Assembly: GCA_027064425.1 (NCBI GenBank)
Contig: JAMOPO010000015.1
Coordinates: 96,001 to 160,000 of the forward strand
DNA: 64,000 bases
Direction: 5' to 3'
Source: Methanobacteriota archaeon
GTDB taxonomy: Archaea; JAADCQ01; Methanopyri; Methanopyrales; Methanopyraceae
Shown here: piece by piece, positions 29,624-39,671 of the stretch
Position numbering within the stretch: position 1 is the first letter of the stretch
Layout: each line of letters begins with the position of its first letter
Notes under the pieces: generated by a model
Told to the model about the DNA's origin: nothing
Database searches by the model: none
Seen by the model: the letters and a program-made list of their open reading frames with translations, nothing else
Position numbers and translations under genes: made by a program

Positions 29624-30468
29624 AGACGGGAGCGGCGGTGGGAGTGGCCGGCAACGTCGGGCTGGCCGCCGCCAAGGTCGCGGTCGGACTCCTAGCGAAC
29701 AGCTGGGCCCTGGTGGCGGACGGCCTCCACTCCGCCAGCGACGTCGTCGCCTCCGCGCTGGTCTACCTAGGCTCCCGGCTCGCGCGGAAGCCCCCCGACG
29801 AGCGCCACATGTACGGGCACTACAAGGCCGAGGTGCTCGCCGGCCTGCTCGTCTCCGCCATCGTGGCCGGTACCGGGATATCCATCGGGTGGGAGTCGAT
29901 CACCAGCCTCCCGCGCCCCAAACCGGTGACCTCCACCCTCCCCCTGATCATCGCCCTCGCCTCCGCCGCGGTGAAGGAGGGGATGTACCGGTACACCATG
30001 CGCCTGGCCGAGCGCGCCCAGAGCTCCTCGCTGAAGGCGGACGCCAAGCACCACCGCAGCGACGCCCTCTCCTCGCTCGCCGCGGCCGCGGGCGTTCTCG
30101 GCGCCCTCCTCGGCCACCCATGGGCCGATCCCGCCGCCGCCCTCCTCGTCGCCGGCCTGATCGTGAAGATGGGGGTTGAAGTCGGCTGGGAGTGCGTGCA
30201 CGAGCTGATGGACGTCGCACCACCGCCCGAGCTGATCCGGGAGATCCACCGCGCCCTGGAGCGCGAGCTGTCCGAGTACGGCGCCGAACCGGCCATCGTC
30301 CGCGGGCGCAAGATGGGCCCCGCCTACCACATCGACGTGGTGATCACCGCGGACCCGAGCCTGCGGCTCCGCGAGCTGGAGAGGCTGAGGAACAGGGTGA
30401 CGAGGTGCGTCCGCCGCGTCCTCCCCTCCGCCGACATCGTGACCGTTGAGTTCCACCCGCGCGAGTGA
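29593..30468 (+). CDS. Cation diffusion facilitator (CDF) transporter
   Basis: ADGLHSASD, PPDERHMYGH, HHRSD, C-terminal dimerization domain. Confidence 0.92.
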   Translation: MDAQERFDRIETGAAVGVAGNVGLAAAKVAVGLLANSWALVADGLHSASDVVASALVYLGSRLARKPPDERHMYGHYKAEVLAGLLVSAIVAGTGISIGWESITSLPRPKPVTSTLPLIIALASAAVKEGMYRYTMRLAERAQSSSLKADAKHHRSDALSSLAAAAGVLGALLGHPWADPAAALLVAGLIVKMGVEVGWECVHELMDVAPPPELIREIHRALERELSEYGAEPAIVRGRKMGPAYHIDVVITADPSLRLRELERLRNRVTRCVRRVLPSADIVTVEFHPRE

Positions 30469-30480
30469 GGGGGAGCACCC

Positions 30481-31824
30481 GTGCGAGGCCTCGTGATCGC
30501 CGGCGTTCGGAGCGGGTGCGGCAAGACCTCCCTCACGATCGGACTGCTCCGCGCGCTCCGCGAGGAGGGCCACCGCGTCCGCCCCTTCAAGGTCGGGCCC
30601 GACTACATCGACCCCACCTACCTCGAGGTGGCCGCCGGGGCGGAGAGCTACAACCTGGACGTCTGGATGATGGGCGAAGGGGGCGTCGTGGACACCTTCC
30701 TCCGCGCCACGAAGGGCTTCGACTGCGCCGTGATCGAGGGCGTCATGGGGATGTTCGACGGGCACGGGGAGGGGGACGCGTCCGGGAGCACCGCTCACGT
30801 GGCCCGCCTGGTCGGTGCGCCCGTGGTCCTCGTCGTGGACTGCCGGAGCTACTCCACCACCGTGGCGGCCGAGGTGCGAGGGTTCCTCGACCTGGCCCGG
30901 GAGCTCGGCGTCGAGCTCGCCGGCGTGATCCTCAACCGGGTGGGAAGCGAGCGCCACGAGCGGCTGCTGCGCCGCGCCCTCGAGCGCTACTGCCCCGAAG
31001 CCCGGGTCCTCGGCGCGGTACCCCGGCTGAGGAACGCGGTGATCCCGGACCGACACCTGGGCCTGATCCCCGCGGACGAGCGACGGGAGTTCGCCGAGCG
31101 GGTCGCGGAGTACTGGGGCGAGGTCGCCGCCGAGCACCTCGACCTGGACGCGATCGCCGAGCTGGAGGTAGGCGAGCCCGCGGTCGAGCCCACCCCGCCA
31201 CCGGAGCCGCCGGAGTCCGGGGCCAAGATCGCCGTGGTCTCCGGGCGCGTCTTCACGTTCTACTACCGGGAGAACCTGGAGTACCTGACCTCCGCGGGCG
31301 AGGTCGTGCACGTGGATCCCGAGGGCGACCGGCTCCCGGACGTGGACGCGGTCTACATCCCCGGCGGGTACCCGGAGGTGTACGCCGAGCACCTCGACGA
31401 GCGGCTCATGGAGGACCTCCGGGCCTTTCACGAGGACGGCGGGCCGATCCTGGCGGAGTGCGGCGGCCTCATGTACCTGTGCTCCGAGCTGGTGGACGCG
31501 GACGGAGAAGAGCATGAGATGGTCGGGATCTTCGACGCGGTCGCCCGGATGCGGGACAGGCTGGTCGCTCTCGGCTACGTCGAGGGGACGATCACGCGAG
31601 CGCACCCGTTCGGCCGCCCGGGTCGGAGCGTTCGCGGCCACGAGTTCCACTACTCCGAGGTCGAGGTCCGGGAGGAGGTCGACTACGCGTACCGGCTGAA
31701 GCGCGGGAAGGGTGTCGAGGAGGGTCGGGACGGCTTGGTAAAGGGGAACACGGTCGCCTCGTACACGCACCTGCACGTGCGCTCGGACGGGGGCGTGTTC
31801 GCAGGCCTGGCCCGGGGATCCTAA
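30481..31824 (+). CDS. Cobyrinate/Ni-sirohydrochlorin a,c-diamide synthase (CbiA/CfbB family)
   Basis: SGCGKT, FKVGPDYIDP, EGVMGMFDG, RHLGL, ECGG, GHEFHYS. Confidence 0.92.
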   Translation: MRGLVIAGVRSGCGKTSLTIGLLRALREEGHRVRPFKVGPDYIDPTYLEVAAGAESYNLDVWMMGEGGVVDTFLRATKGFDCAVIEGVMGMFDGHGEGDASGSTAHVARLVGAPVVLVVDCRSYSTTVAAEVRGFLDLARELGVELAGVILNRVGSERHERLLRRALERYCPEARVLGAVPRLRNAVIPDRHLGLIPADERREFAERVAEYWGEVAAEHLDLDAIAELEVGEPAVEPTPPPEPPESGAKIAVVSGRVFTFYYRENLEYLTSAGEVVHVDPEGDRLPDVDAVYIPGGYPEVYAEHLDERLMEDLRAFHEDGGPILAECGGLMYLCSELVDADGEEHEMVGIFDAVARMRDRLVALGYVEGTITRAHPFGRPGRSVRGHEFHYSEVEVREEVDYAYRLKRGKGVEEGRDGLVKGNTVASYTHLHVRSDGGVFAGLARGS

Positions 31825-31848
31825 CCCTGCCCGAGACCGCCGGGCGGG

Positions 31849-32493
31849 GTGCGCGCGTTGGAGGCGGTCGTGCGCATCCTAGTCGACAACCGGGTCGGGA
31901 TGGTTCGGGACCCGTACCTCGGCCGGCACGGGCTGGCGGTGGTCGTGGAGGTGCCCTCGGAGGACCTGCGGGTACTCTTCGACACGGGCCCGTCGAAGGA
32001 CGTGCTCGAGAACAACCTCCGGGTGGCGGGCCTGGGGAGGGGGTTCGACGCCGTCGTGATCTCGCACGAGCATTGGGATCACACGGGCGGCCTGGGGGCG
32101 GTGGAGGCGGAGCGAGTGGTGAAACCGGGCGGGGACGAGGTGGACCTGCTCGACGGTGCGATCGTGGCGACGAGGACGTTCGAGGGGGAGTACGAGGGCG
32201 AGCCGATGCCTGAGCGGTCGCTTATCGTCGGCGACTTGGCCCTGATCGGGTGCTGCCACTTCCGGCTGGAGGAGCTGCTGGAGGAGTACGAGCCCAGGAT
32301 GGTGCTGGGCGGCCTCCACCTGATGGGCCGACCGAGGAGGGAGCTGGATCGGGTGGTGGAGGCGCTGCTGGATCACGGGGTCCGGCGGGTATTCCCGTGC
32401 CACTGCACGGGGATCCCGGAGTCCTCCTACCTGGCGAACCGGGTGGGTGGGGAGCCGGGGTACGTGCCCATGGAGCTGCGGGTGGAGCTGTGA
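31849..32493 (+). CDS. MBL-fold metallo-hydrolase
   Basis: HGL, LFDTG, SHEHWDHTGG, GCCH, GGLH, PCHCTG. Confidence 0.88.
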   Translation: MRALEAVVRILVDNRVGMVRDPYLGRHGLAVVVEVPSEDLRVLFDTGPSKDVLENNLRVAGLGRGFDAVVISHEHWDHTGGLGAVEAERVVKPGGDEVDLLDGAIVATRTFEGEYEGEPMPERSLIVGDLALIGCCHFRLEELLEEYEPRMVLGGLHLMGRPRRELDRVVEALLDHGVRRVFPCHCTGIPESSYLANRVGGEPGYVPMELRVEL

Positions 32494-32550
32494 CGGTCCC
32501 CTAAGGGACGCCTCCCCATCGGGAGTCGGGCCCCGCCCAGTCCGGTCATC

Positions 32551-32612
32551 CCGCCTCGGACACCGCCGTTCCGGTCATCAAGTCCCCAGTGGGGGCGTCT
32601 CATCATCGGCGG
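32551..32612 (-). ncRNA. Box C/D guide sRNA (candidate)
   Basis: CCGCC/GGCGG stem; ATGATGA (C), weak D' (CTGG), TTGATGA (C'), CCGA (D). Confidence 0.6.
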
Positions 32613-32667
32613 AAGCAGGGGGTGCGGGCGCGAGGCGGTTCGAGACGCGCCGGATGATTCGAGCTCG

Positions 32668-32747
32668 CGGGATTGTCAGCCGCCGCGGTACGTGCCCGAT
32701 CATCCGGCGCTCCCGTCACGAGCGGCAGGCCTCATCATCACGTCCCG
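32668..32747 (-). ncRNA. Box C/D guide sRNA targeting the 16S rRNA 530 loop
   Basis: ATGATGA (C), GTGA (D'), ATGATCG (C'), CTGA (D); D guide TACCGCGGCGG complementary to the conserved 16S CCGCCGCGGUA. Confidence 0.8.
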
Positions 32748-32768
32748 ACCCGAGTCCGGCCCGTCCGG

Positions 32769-34079
32769 CTAGCTCACCTCGATCCGGGCGATGAAGAAGC
32801 CGTCGGTCTGATGCAGGTGGGGCCAGGTGCGCCGGGCCTCGGGCATCCGGATGCCCGGGGAGGCCCAGTCTAGGGGCGGCTTGCGCAGTTCCGCGTCCGG
32901 GTACCTACGGAGCAGCCGCTCGATCAGGCGCTCGTTCTCGGTCAGGGTGATCGAGCACGTGGAGTAGACGATCCGACCGCCGGGCTTGACGAGCTTCATC
33001 GCGGTCTTGAGCAGGTCCCACTGCAGGTGGGACCACTTGGTCGGCTGCCCGGTCGTGTCGATGTCCCACCGCTTCTCGGGCTTGGAGTACACGGAGCCGG
33101 TGCCCGTGCACGGCGGGTCCACGAGGACGAGGTCCGCGAAGTGCTCGCCGAACTGCTCGGGCGCGTCCCGGGCGTCCATTCGGTAGGTCTCCACGATGTC
33201 GTCAGTGTGGAACTGCTTGACGCGCTTCTGCAGCGTCTTGAACCGCTTCGGGTGCATATCGATGGCGATGATCTCGCCCTCGCCCTCCATGAGCTGCGCC
33301 ATGTGCGTGGTCTTGCCGCCCGGGGCCGCGCACAGGTCGACCACGGTCATCCCCGGCTCCGGCTCGGCCGCGTGGGCCACGGCCGCCGACGCCTTCGTCT
33401 GCGGGAAGACCATGCCCTCCTCGAACTCCGGGGTCCGGATCACCGGGGTGTCCGCGGACACGATGCGGAGGACGTCCGGCAGGTCCTCGTCCTCCTCCGC
33501 CTCGATGCCGTGCCGCTCGAGCCGCTCGATGGCCTCGTCGGTGTCCGCGACGAGGGTGTTCACGCGGACGTAGCGCTCGGGGGTGCCGTTGCAGGCCTCC
33601 AGGAAGCGGCGCAGCTCGGCGAGGTTGCGGAAGGCGGGTCGAACGAGCTCCACGTACCACTTCGGGAAGTTGTGCTCGGCGGCCAGCCGGGCCAGCGGGT
33701 CGGTGATCCGCCGGATCACCATGTCCGGATCCACGTCCTCAACCTGCCGGAGGATCGCGTTGGCGAAGTCCGCGTCCTTGCGTCCCAGCCGGTCCTTGAC
33801 GATGTCGACCACGACCTTGGTCACGGGGCCTGGGTGCTCGCCGCGCCAGTGGATCTCCCAGGTGCCGACGCGGAGGGCGTTGCGGAGGACGGGGTGGAGC
33901 TCCTCGACCGTCGTCCCCTTCAGCACCTCGTTGAGCACGAGGTCCACGTTGCCCAGCACGCGGAGGAGATCGTGGGCTAGCGCCTGAATGAACCGGCGCT
34001 TGGAGCCCGTGACGTCCTGGAGGACGTTGCGGAGGGCGGCCTTCAGCGAGTGCTTGTTCCGCTCCATGTCGAGGAGCAC
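32769..34079 (-). CDS. Second RsmB/NOL1/NOP2/Sun-family RNA m5C methyltransferase with NusB-like domain
   Basis: [34 protein letters not shown]; start uncertain. Confidence 0.93.
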   Translation of the reverse strand: MLLDMERNKHSLKAALRNVLQDVTGSKRRFIQALAHDLLRVLGNVDLVLNEVLKGTTVEELHPVLRNALRVGTWEIHWRGEHPGPVTKVVVDIVKDRLGRKDADFANAILRQVEDVDPDMVIRRITDPLARLAAEHNFPKWYVELVRPAFRNLAELRRFLEACNGTPERYVRVNTLVADTDEAIERLERHGIEAEEDEDLPDVLRIVSADTPVIRTPEFEEGMVFPQTKASAAVAHAAEPEPGMTVVDLCAAPGGKTTHMAQLMEGEGEIIAIDMHPKRFKTLQKRVKQFHTDDIVETYRMDARDAPEQFGEHFADLVLVDPPCTGTGSVYSKPEKRWDIDTTGQPTKWSHLQWDLLKTAMKLVKPGGRIVYSTCSITLTENERLIERLLRRYPDAELRKPPLDWASPGIRMPEARRTWPHLHQTDGFFIARIEVS

Positions 34080-34125
34080 GTCGATGAGCCGCTCGATGAC
34101 GAAGCGGATGGGGAGGGGGACCCCC

Positions 34126-35643
34126 TTACTCCGGTGGGATGGTCATCAGGCGCTCCCGAGCCTTCTTCGGCCCGAGCCGCTTCACCGTCCGGCTGTACGC
34201 GTAGTAGAAGATGAACGGTCCCGGCACCATCAGCACGATCCACCAGTAGAAGCTCTGCGGGTCGCTGATCGCGATCTCGCCCAGGAACAGCAGGCTCAGC
34301 ACCGTGCCGATGGCTCCCAGCCACGGGATAGCGCGCTTGGTCTTGTCGCCGAGCGGCGCCTTCTCGTAGATCTCCGGCCTCACGAACTTCCAGACGACGC
34401 CCGTCATGCAGATGAACAGGTACGTGAACAGCAGCGCCACCGTCGTGATGTCCACGGCCTGCAGGAACTCTCCGACCGTCCAGACGAGCACGACGGAGGC
34501 GATCATCAGGATCGTGAGCGCCCAGTGCGGCGTCCCGAACCGCCGGTGGACCTTGGCGATGAACTTCGGGAACATGCCGTCGTAGGCCCAGGCGAACGTC
34601 ATCCGGCTCGTCGACAGGAACATCGGCGGCAGGTCGCTCAGCAGGGCGATCGCGGCCACGAACGCCACGTACCCGGCCAGCGCCGACCCCCAGCTCGGTG
34701 ACAGGGTCTTCAGGACCGGCGCGATGGCCTCGGGCACCGTGAAGTTCGAGCCCGCCTTCTTCGCCAGCACGGCCTTGGCGTAGATGTATTCCCACGGCAC
34801 CGCGTGGTACACGGCGGCCGAGTACAGCAGGTAGTACGCCGTGATGATGCCCAGCGCGATCAGCATCCCTCTGAACACCGTCTTCTCCGGGTTCTTGACC
34901 TCACCAGCCGCCTGCGTGCCCGTCTCGAAGCCCACGTACGCGAACACCAGCGTGGCCGCGGCCGAGAAGATCGCGCTCAGCGATCCCGTGTTCTTCGGTA
35001 GACCGCCCGCCTGCGCGACCAGCGACTTGACCGCCGAGCTGCCTCCGATGGCCTTCAGCGTGAGCTCCGGTGAGCCCGCGAAGCCCGCGGCAACCACGAT
35101 CGCGAAGCCCGTCAAGAGGATGAAGAACATCGTGTCGACCACAACCTCGTAGATGCGGATACCCAGGACGTTAACGAGCCACGTGAAGATGATGATCGCC
35201 GTGGCCACCTCCAGCGTGTGCGAGTTCAGCCACTTGGCCGCGCCCGGCGCGCCCCAGAACTTGCACATGGCCGCGAGCAGGGCCACGTCACCGATGGCGA
35301 TCGCCACGAACGCGCCGATCTCGCCCACGAACCGGCTCCAGGAGCTGAAGAAGGCCAGGAACGGGTCGAACAGCCGGCTCACGTAGGTGTAGTGCCCTCC
35401 GGCCCGGGGTACCGCCGCGCTCAGGGCCCCCGCCACCGAGCCAGCGATCAGGCTCGGGATCGCGCCGATCAGGAACGCGAGCGGGACGTAGGGACCGACT
35501 CCCGGCGCCTTCGCCTGAACCATGCACGTCAGGACGTTGATGCCACCACCGATCACCGTGCAGCATATGGTCGAGACGAACCCGAGCATCGTCAGCTCTC
35601 GTCGTAGTCCCGCCTTCTCACGCTTCACCTCCTCTTCTGCCAA
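34126..35643 (-). CDS. APC-family amino acid permease
   Basis: IGGGI, PRAGGHY, FAYVGFE, GEVKNP, SR.TFAWAYDG.FP, FGTP. Confidence 0.92.
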   Translation of the reverse strand: MAEEEVKREKAGLRRELTMLGFVSTICCTVIGGGINVLTCMVQAKAPGVGPYVPLAFLIGAIPSLIAGSVAGALSAAVPRAGGHYTYVSRLFDPFLAFFSSWSRFVGEIGAFVAIAIGDVALLAAMCKFWGAPGAAKWLNSHTLEVATAIIIFTWLVNVLGIRIYEVVVDTMFFILLTGFAIVVAAGFAGSPELTLKAIGGSSAVKSLVAQAGGLPKNTGSLSAIFSAAATLVFAYVGFETGTQAAGEVKNPEKTVFRGMLIALGIITAYYLLYSAAVYHAVPWEYIYAKAVLAKKAGSNFTVPEAIAPVLKTLSPSWGSALAGYVAFVAAIALLSDLPPMFLSTSRMTFAWAYDGMFPKFIAKVHRRFGTPHWALTILMIASVVLVWTVGEFLQAVDITTVALLFTYLFICMTGVVWKFVRPEIYEKAPLGDKTKRAIPWLGAIGTVLSLLFLGEIAISDPQSFYWWIVLMVPGPFIFYYAYSRTVKRLGPKKARERLMTIPPE

Positions 35644-35701
35644 CTCGATGACCCTGCGACGTCTAGAATTCGGTCGTAGTTTTATTGAATTCGGTCAGCC
35701 G

Positions 35702-36298
35702 TTAGGATTCGGATTTATTCTCACTAAGAAGTCCGCGGGACTTCAGCAACCGGTAGGCCTTGCGTACGGCTTTCCTGATCTTATCCCGGTGCCCCAGCCC
35801 GCCCAGCGCCTTGGCGGCCTTCCGAATGCTGCCGCACTCGATCAGCAGCTCCAGCAGCTCCCGCTCGCGCGGCGAGAGCGGGATGTCCTCCTCCAGCGCC
35901 TTCTTGGCGATCTCGAGCGGGTCGTGACCGTCGTAGGGCAGGTGCTCCGACAGGATGGGCTCGTCGAACTTCTCCACCCACTCGAACTCGATGATCGTCA
36001 CGATGTCGTCGTCCTTAAGGTCCGGGTAGTGCTCCTTCAGCGCCTTGATCAGCTCCTCCCGGTTCTCGAACCCGTCCAGCTTGGCGTCCCGATCGGTCAA
36101 CTCGCTGACCTTCTTCGTCCGGACGTCCGTGATCCGGACCTTGCCGTACACGTACCCACCGCAGTGCAGGAAGACCACCTTGCCCGGCCGCGCGCCCCTG
36201 ACGTGGCCCACGCGGATGGTGGCCTTCTTCTCGCCCCTCAGCAGCTTGTCCTTGTACTCACCGCTGATCTCCAGGTGCTTGGAAATACCGTAGGTCAT
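35702..36298 (-). CDS. ASCH-domain protein with C-terminal HTH-like region
   Basis: GEKKATIR, DAKLDGF; GSIRKAAKALG. Confidence 0.85.
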   Translation of the reverse strand: MTYGISKHLEISGEYKDKLLRGEKKATIRVGHVRGARPGKVVFLHCGGYVYGKVRITDVRTKKVSELTDRDAKLDGFENREELIKALKEHYPDLKDDDIVTIIEFEWVEKFDEPILSEHLPYDGHDPLEIAKKALEEDIPLSPRERELLELLIECGSIRKAAKALGGLGHRDKIRKAVRKAYRLLKSRGLLSENKSES

Positions 36299-36340
36299 GG
36301 GGAGAGGGGCCCCGGCAGCGTGGTTGGAGTTAGCGCGAGG

Positions 36341-36952
36341 CTAGCGCGGCGGCGGGCCCTCGAAGTCCTCCGGGTCGTACTCGAACTCTTCGTCCTCCTC
36401 CAGCCGCCCCAGCTTCTTCAGCAGCTCGCGCGCCAGCAGCCAGTAGACCAGCGCCAGCGCCTTCCGTCCCTTGTTGTTCGTCGGGATCGCCAGGTCCACG
36501 TTACCCGTGAAGTTGTCCGTGTCGCACAGTGCCACGATCGGGATGCCCACGCTCTGCGCCTCCACCAGCGCCTGGAAGTCGGCTCGTGGGTCCGTCAGCA
36601 CGATGATCTCCGGCTCCACGTAACCGTCGTACTCCGGGTTCGTCAGCGTTCCCGGCACGAACCGGCCCGGGATGGCCATCGCGCCCGTCGCCTCGGCGAA
36701 CTTGGTGATCGGCTTCTGACCGTAGTACCGCCGGGACACGACCAGGATCTCGTCCGTGTTGTACATCGAGAGGAAGTTGGCCGCGATCCGGATCCGCTCG
36801 TCCGTCTTCCTCACGTCGATCACGTGCAGCCCGTCGGGCCGCGTCCGGTAGATGAACGGCTCCATGTCCTTCGTCTTCTGCTGCGTGCCGATGTGCACGC
36901 CGGCCGCCAGGTAGTCGTTCAGCGGCACCAGCAGGTCGTCGTCCTCGGCCAA
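36341..36952 (-). CDS. rps2: 30S ribosomal protein S2
   Basis: [28 protein letters not shown]. Confidence 0.97.
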   Translation of the reverse strand: MAEDDDLLVPLNDYLAAGVHIGTQQKTKDMEPFIYRTRPDGLHVIDVRKTDERIRIAANFLSMYNTDEILVVSRRYYGQKPITKFAEATGAMAIPGRFVPGTLTNPEYDGYVEPEIIVLTDPRADFQALVEAQSVGIPIVALCDTDNFTGNVDLAIPTNNKGRKALALVYWLLARELLKKLGRLEEDEEFEYDPEDFEGPPPR

Positions 36953-36989
36953 GGGTTCTCACCCCCAGACCACGGTACCGTTACGGCCT

Positions 36990-37181
36990 TTACATCTCCA
37001 CCTCGATCGCGCCCTCGGGACAGGCCTGCTCGCACAGACCGCAGCCCGTGCACTCGTCCTCGTTCGCGACGACCGGCTTATCGTCTTCCTCCTCGAGCAC
37101 GTCCATTGGGCAGGCCTCGATGCACTCCCCGCACTCGGACACGCCCAGGCACGACTCGTGGTCGATGACCGGCCTCGGCAT
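36990..37181 (-). CDS. 2x[4Fe-4S] ferredoxin
   Basis: CLGVSECGECIEACP and CTGCGLCEQACP. Confidence 0.93.
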   Translation of the reverse strand: MPRPVIDHESCLGVSECGECIEACPMDVLEEEDDKPVVANEDECTGCGLCEQACPEGAIEVEM

Positions 37182-37195
37182 GCCCCTTGCACCCC

Positions 37196-37378
37196 TCAGC
37201 GCTCCCTGATGACTACGACTGGAATGACCCCCCTCTCGAACTCCTTTTTAGCGATTTCCAGCGGGCTCTCGCCCTCCTCAACCTCCACCATCACCGGCGA
37301 CCCCATCGAGATCTGCAGGGCCCGCGCGCCCAGGATTCGCGTCACCTCGAACCTCGTCAGCTCCTCCATGCGCTCCAT
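37196..37378 (-). CDS. rpoK: RNA polymerase subunit K (Rpo6)
   Basis: LTRFEVTRILGARALQISMG. Confidence 0.95.
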   Translation of the reverse strand: MERMEELTRFEVTRILGARALQISMGSPVMVEVEEGESPLEIAKKEFERGVIPVVVIRER

Positions 37379-37506
37379 CTCCACGCCCCCCGGACGGCAG
37401 CCCGTGAACATGAGTGCACGAGTCGTGAACCCAGTCTCCCCTCGAGAACGCGATACGGTCAACTATCGATAGGGTCCGGCGACCCGGCGAGGGGACGCCG
37501 GGCGAG

Positions 37507-38613
37507 TTGCGTGACGGGTTCGAGGTGGACCCGGCGGAGCTGCTCCGGGATCTCGTGGCCACGCCCAGCGTGACGGGGCGGGAGGACGACGTTCGGGACC
37601 TGGTTGTCGAGGTCCTGGACGAGCACGGCGTCCCTCACGAGGTGGACGAGATGGGCAACGTCCTGGCCGGCGAGCGGGGAGGCGTGCTGCTCAACGCGCA
37701 CATGGACACCGTTCCCGCCGGGGACGGATGGACGGTCACCGATCCCTACGAGCCGCGCGTCGTCGGCGGTCGACTGTACGGGCGCGGGGCCGCGGACTGC
37801 AAGGGCGGGCTGGCCGCGGCCGTGTCGGCGGTGGTCGAGGCGAACTACGAGGGGCTGCCGCTCTGCCTGCTGGCGACCGTGGGCGAGGAGTCCCCGAGGG
37901 AGGACGATAACGGCACACTGCACGCGTGCCGCAGAGGTCTGGACGCGCTGGGCGGCATCGTGTGCGAGCCCACGGACGAGGAGGTGCACGTGGGCGATCG
38001 GGGCAGGATCACGCTCGAGGTCGTCATCCGGGGTGAGAGCGCCCACGCGTCCACGCCCGAGAAGGGGAGGAACCCCATCGAGGCTGCGGCCAGGGTGGTG
38101 GAGGAGCTCTCCCGACTGGCACCGTCCCGGTGCCGGGTCCGCGGGGTGGGTCGCGTCGAGTCGTCGTTAAGCGTTACGCGCATCGAGGCGGGCGGACCCA
38201 GCAACGTGATCCCGGACGAGTGCCGGCTCACGGTGGACTACCGGGCCATCCCCGGGGACTCCGTGGAGGAGGTACGGGATCGCGTGGAGCGGGCCGCCCG
38301 CAGGGCCGCGCCCGGGTTCGACGTGGAGGTTAAGGTGAGGTCCGCCTCGCGGGCGACGGCGGTGGACCCGGACTCCCGGGTGGTCCGGTGGGTGGTGGAG
38401 GCGGCCCGCGAGGAGGGGCTCGAGGGGGAGCTGGGGTTCAAGCTCGGTCACTGTGACATCGAGTACCTAGTCCACGAGGCCGGGCTCGACTCCGTGATCT
38501 TCGGACCCCGGGGCGGGAACATTCACGGTCCGGACGAGTGGGTGGACGTGGAGAGCGTGCGGCGGTGCGCCCGGGTGTACCTCCGGGTGAGCGAGCGCGC
38601 GGCTCAGACCTGA
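37507..38613 (+). CDS. M20 metallopeptidase (ArgE/DapE family)
   Basis: HMDTVP, GRGAADCKGG, GEE, CEPT, HGPDE. Confidence 0.92.
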   Translation: MRDGFEVDPAELLRDLVATPSVTGREDDVRDLVVEVLDEHGVPHEVDEMGNVLAGERGGVLLNAHMDTVPAGDGWTVTDPYEPRVVGGRLYGRGAADCKGGLAAAVSAVVEANYEGLPLCLLATVGEESPREDDNGTLHACRRGLDALGGIVCEPTDEEVHVGDRGRITLEVVIRGESAHASTPEKGRNPIEAAARVVEELSRLAPSRCRVRGVGRVESSLSVTRIEAGGPSNVIPDECRLTVDYRAIPGDSVEEVRDRVERAARRAAPGFDVEVKVRSASRATAVDPDSRVVRWVVEAAREEGLEGELGFKLGHCDIEYLVHEAGLDSVIFGPRGGNIHGPDEWVDVESVRRCARVYLRVSERAAQT

Positions 38614-39671
38614 TCGGGGACGAGTAGGTCGAGAACCAGCTCCTCGAACTCCTCTCGCATCCGCAGCGGGTCCGCCGCTGGGTAACCGAACTCGGCCTCG
38701 ATCTCCCGGCAGAAGCGGCGCACCTCGGACTCCGAGTGGCCCTTACCGTTGACGCTGATGAACTGAACCCGCGCCCCGGTGAGCATCGTGGCGACCTCCG
38801 CCGCGTCCTGGATCTTGTCCCGAAGCTCCGGCCGGGTGGCAAGGACCATCTTGTCCGGATCGCTGCCGAGGAGGATCGTGAGCGCCGCCAGCGCCCCGCC
38901 CCGGCCGGTCCCCACCTCCAGCGGGTCCGCGGTGACGCCCGTCTGGGCGCCCACCAGGATGACGTCCGGCTCGTACTCCTCGTCCAGCTTCTTCACCGCG
39001 CCGTACACCGTCCCGGCCGCGTGCGCCATGGGCAGGACCTGCGGGATCACCATCGCCTCGCAGCCCGTGAGCAGGCTGCTCGGCTCGGTGCCGACGCTCC
39101 GGACGTCGACGCCCTCCTTCTCCATCGTCTCGCGAATCACGTTGAGCGTGGTGAACTTGCCCGTCCGGCGCCCGGTCCCGACGATGGAGACGACCTCCGC
39201 ATCGATGCCCTCCTCGCGGGCCCGCATCCCGTACTCCAGGTACTGCAGGTACAGCTCCGGGTCGCTGGCGTCGAAGTACTCGACCCCGCGCTTGTGCGCC
39301 TCGAGCCTCCAGTTGGGGTCCTGGGAGACCATGTGCAGGCGGCCCATGTTGTACACGTTGACGCCCTTCGTCACCGCGAGGTCGATGACCTCCCGCCACC
39401 GGAGGTAGTGCTCGTCCTCGTCGAACACCTCCTTCGTCCAGATCAGCCACTCCGCCTCCTCCAGCAGCTCTTCGAGGTCCTCGAGCGGCCGGATCTCGAG
39501 CTCTTCCACGTCCTCGCCCGCCACCTCGGTGGTCTTCTTCCCCACCCGCTCGTCCCGGTAGTCACACACGCCAACGATCTCGATGTCGGAGAAGCGGAGA
39601 ATCCCCGCCGCGACCTTGGTGAACGGAACCAGCACGGCCTTGTCCACGCTGGGATGCTCCACGCCGATCAT
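38604..39671 (-). CDS. DUF1611-like P-loop protein
   Basis: Rossmann-like N-terminus, VGTGRRTGKFTT, GAQTG, ILLGSDPD. Confidence 0.7.
   Translation of the reverse strand: MIGVEHPSVDKAVLVPFTKVAAGILRFSDIEIVGVCDYRDERVGKKTTEVAGEDVEELEIRPLEDLEELLEEAEWLIWTKEVFDEDEHYLRWREVIDLAVTKGVNVYNMGRLHMVSQDPNWRLEAHKRGVEYFDASDPELYLQYLEYGMRAREEGIDAEVVSIVGTGRRTGKFTTLNVIRETMEKEGVDVRSVGTEPSSLLTGCEAMVIPQVLPMAHAAGTVYGAVKKLDEEYEPDVILVGAQTGVTADPLEVGTGRGGALAALTILLGSDPDKMVLATRPELRDKIQDAAEVATMLTGARVQFISVNGKGHSESEVRRFCREIEAEFGYPAADPLRMREEFEELVLDLLVPDQV

Noticed and set aside
781-33346. Near-identical ~80 bp shared by the two m5C methyltransferase genes
   Set aside because: Encodes the conserved SAM-binding motif; protein conservation plus codon bias suffices
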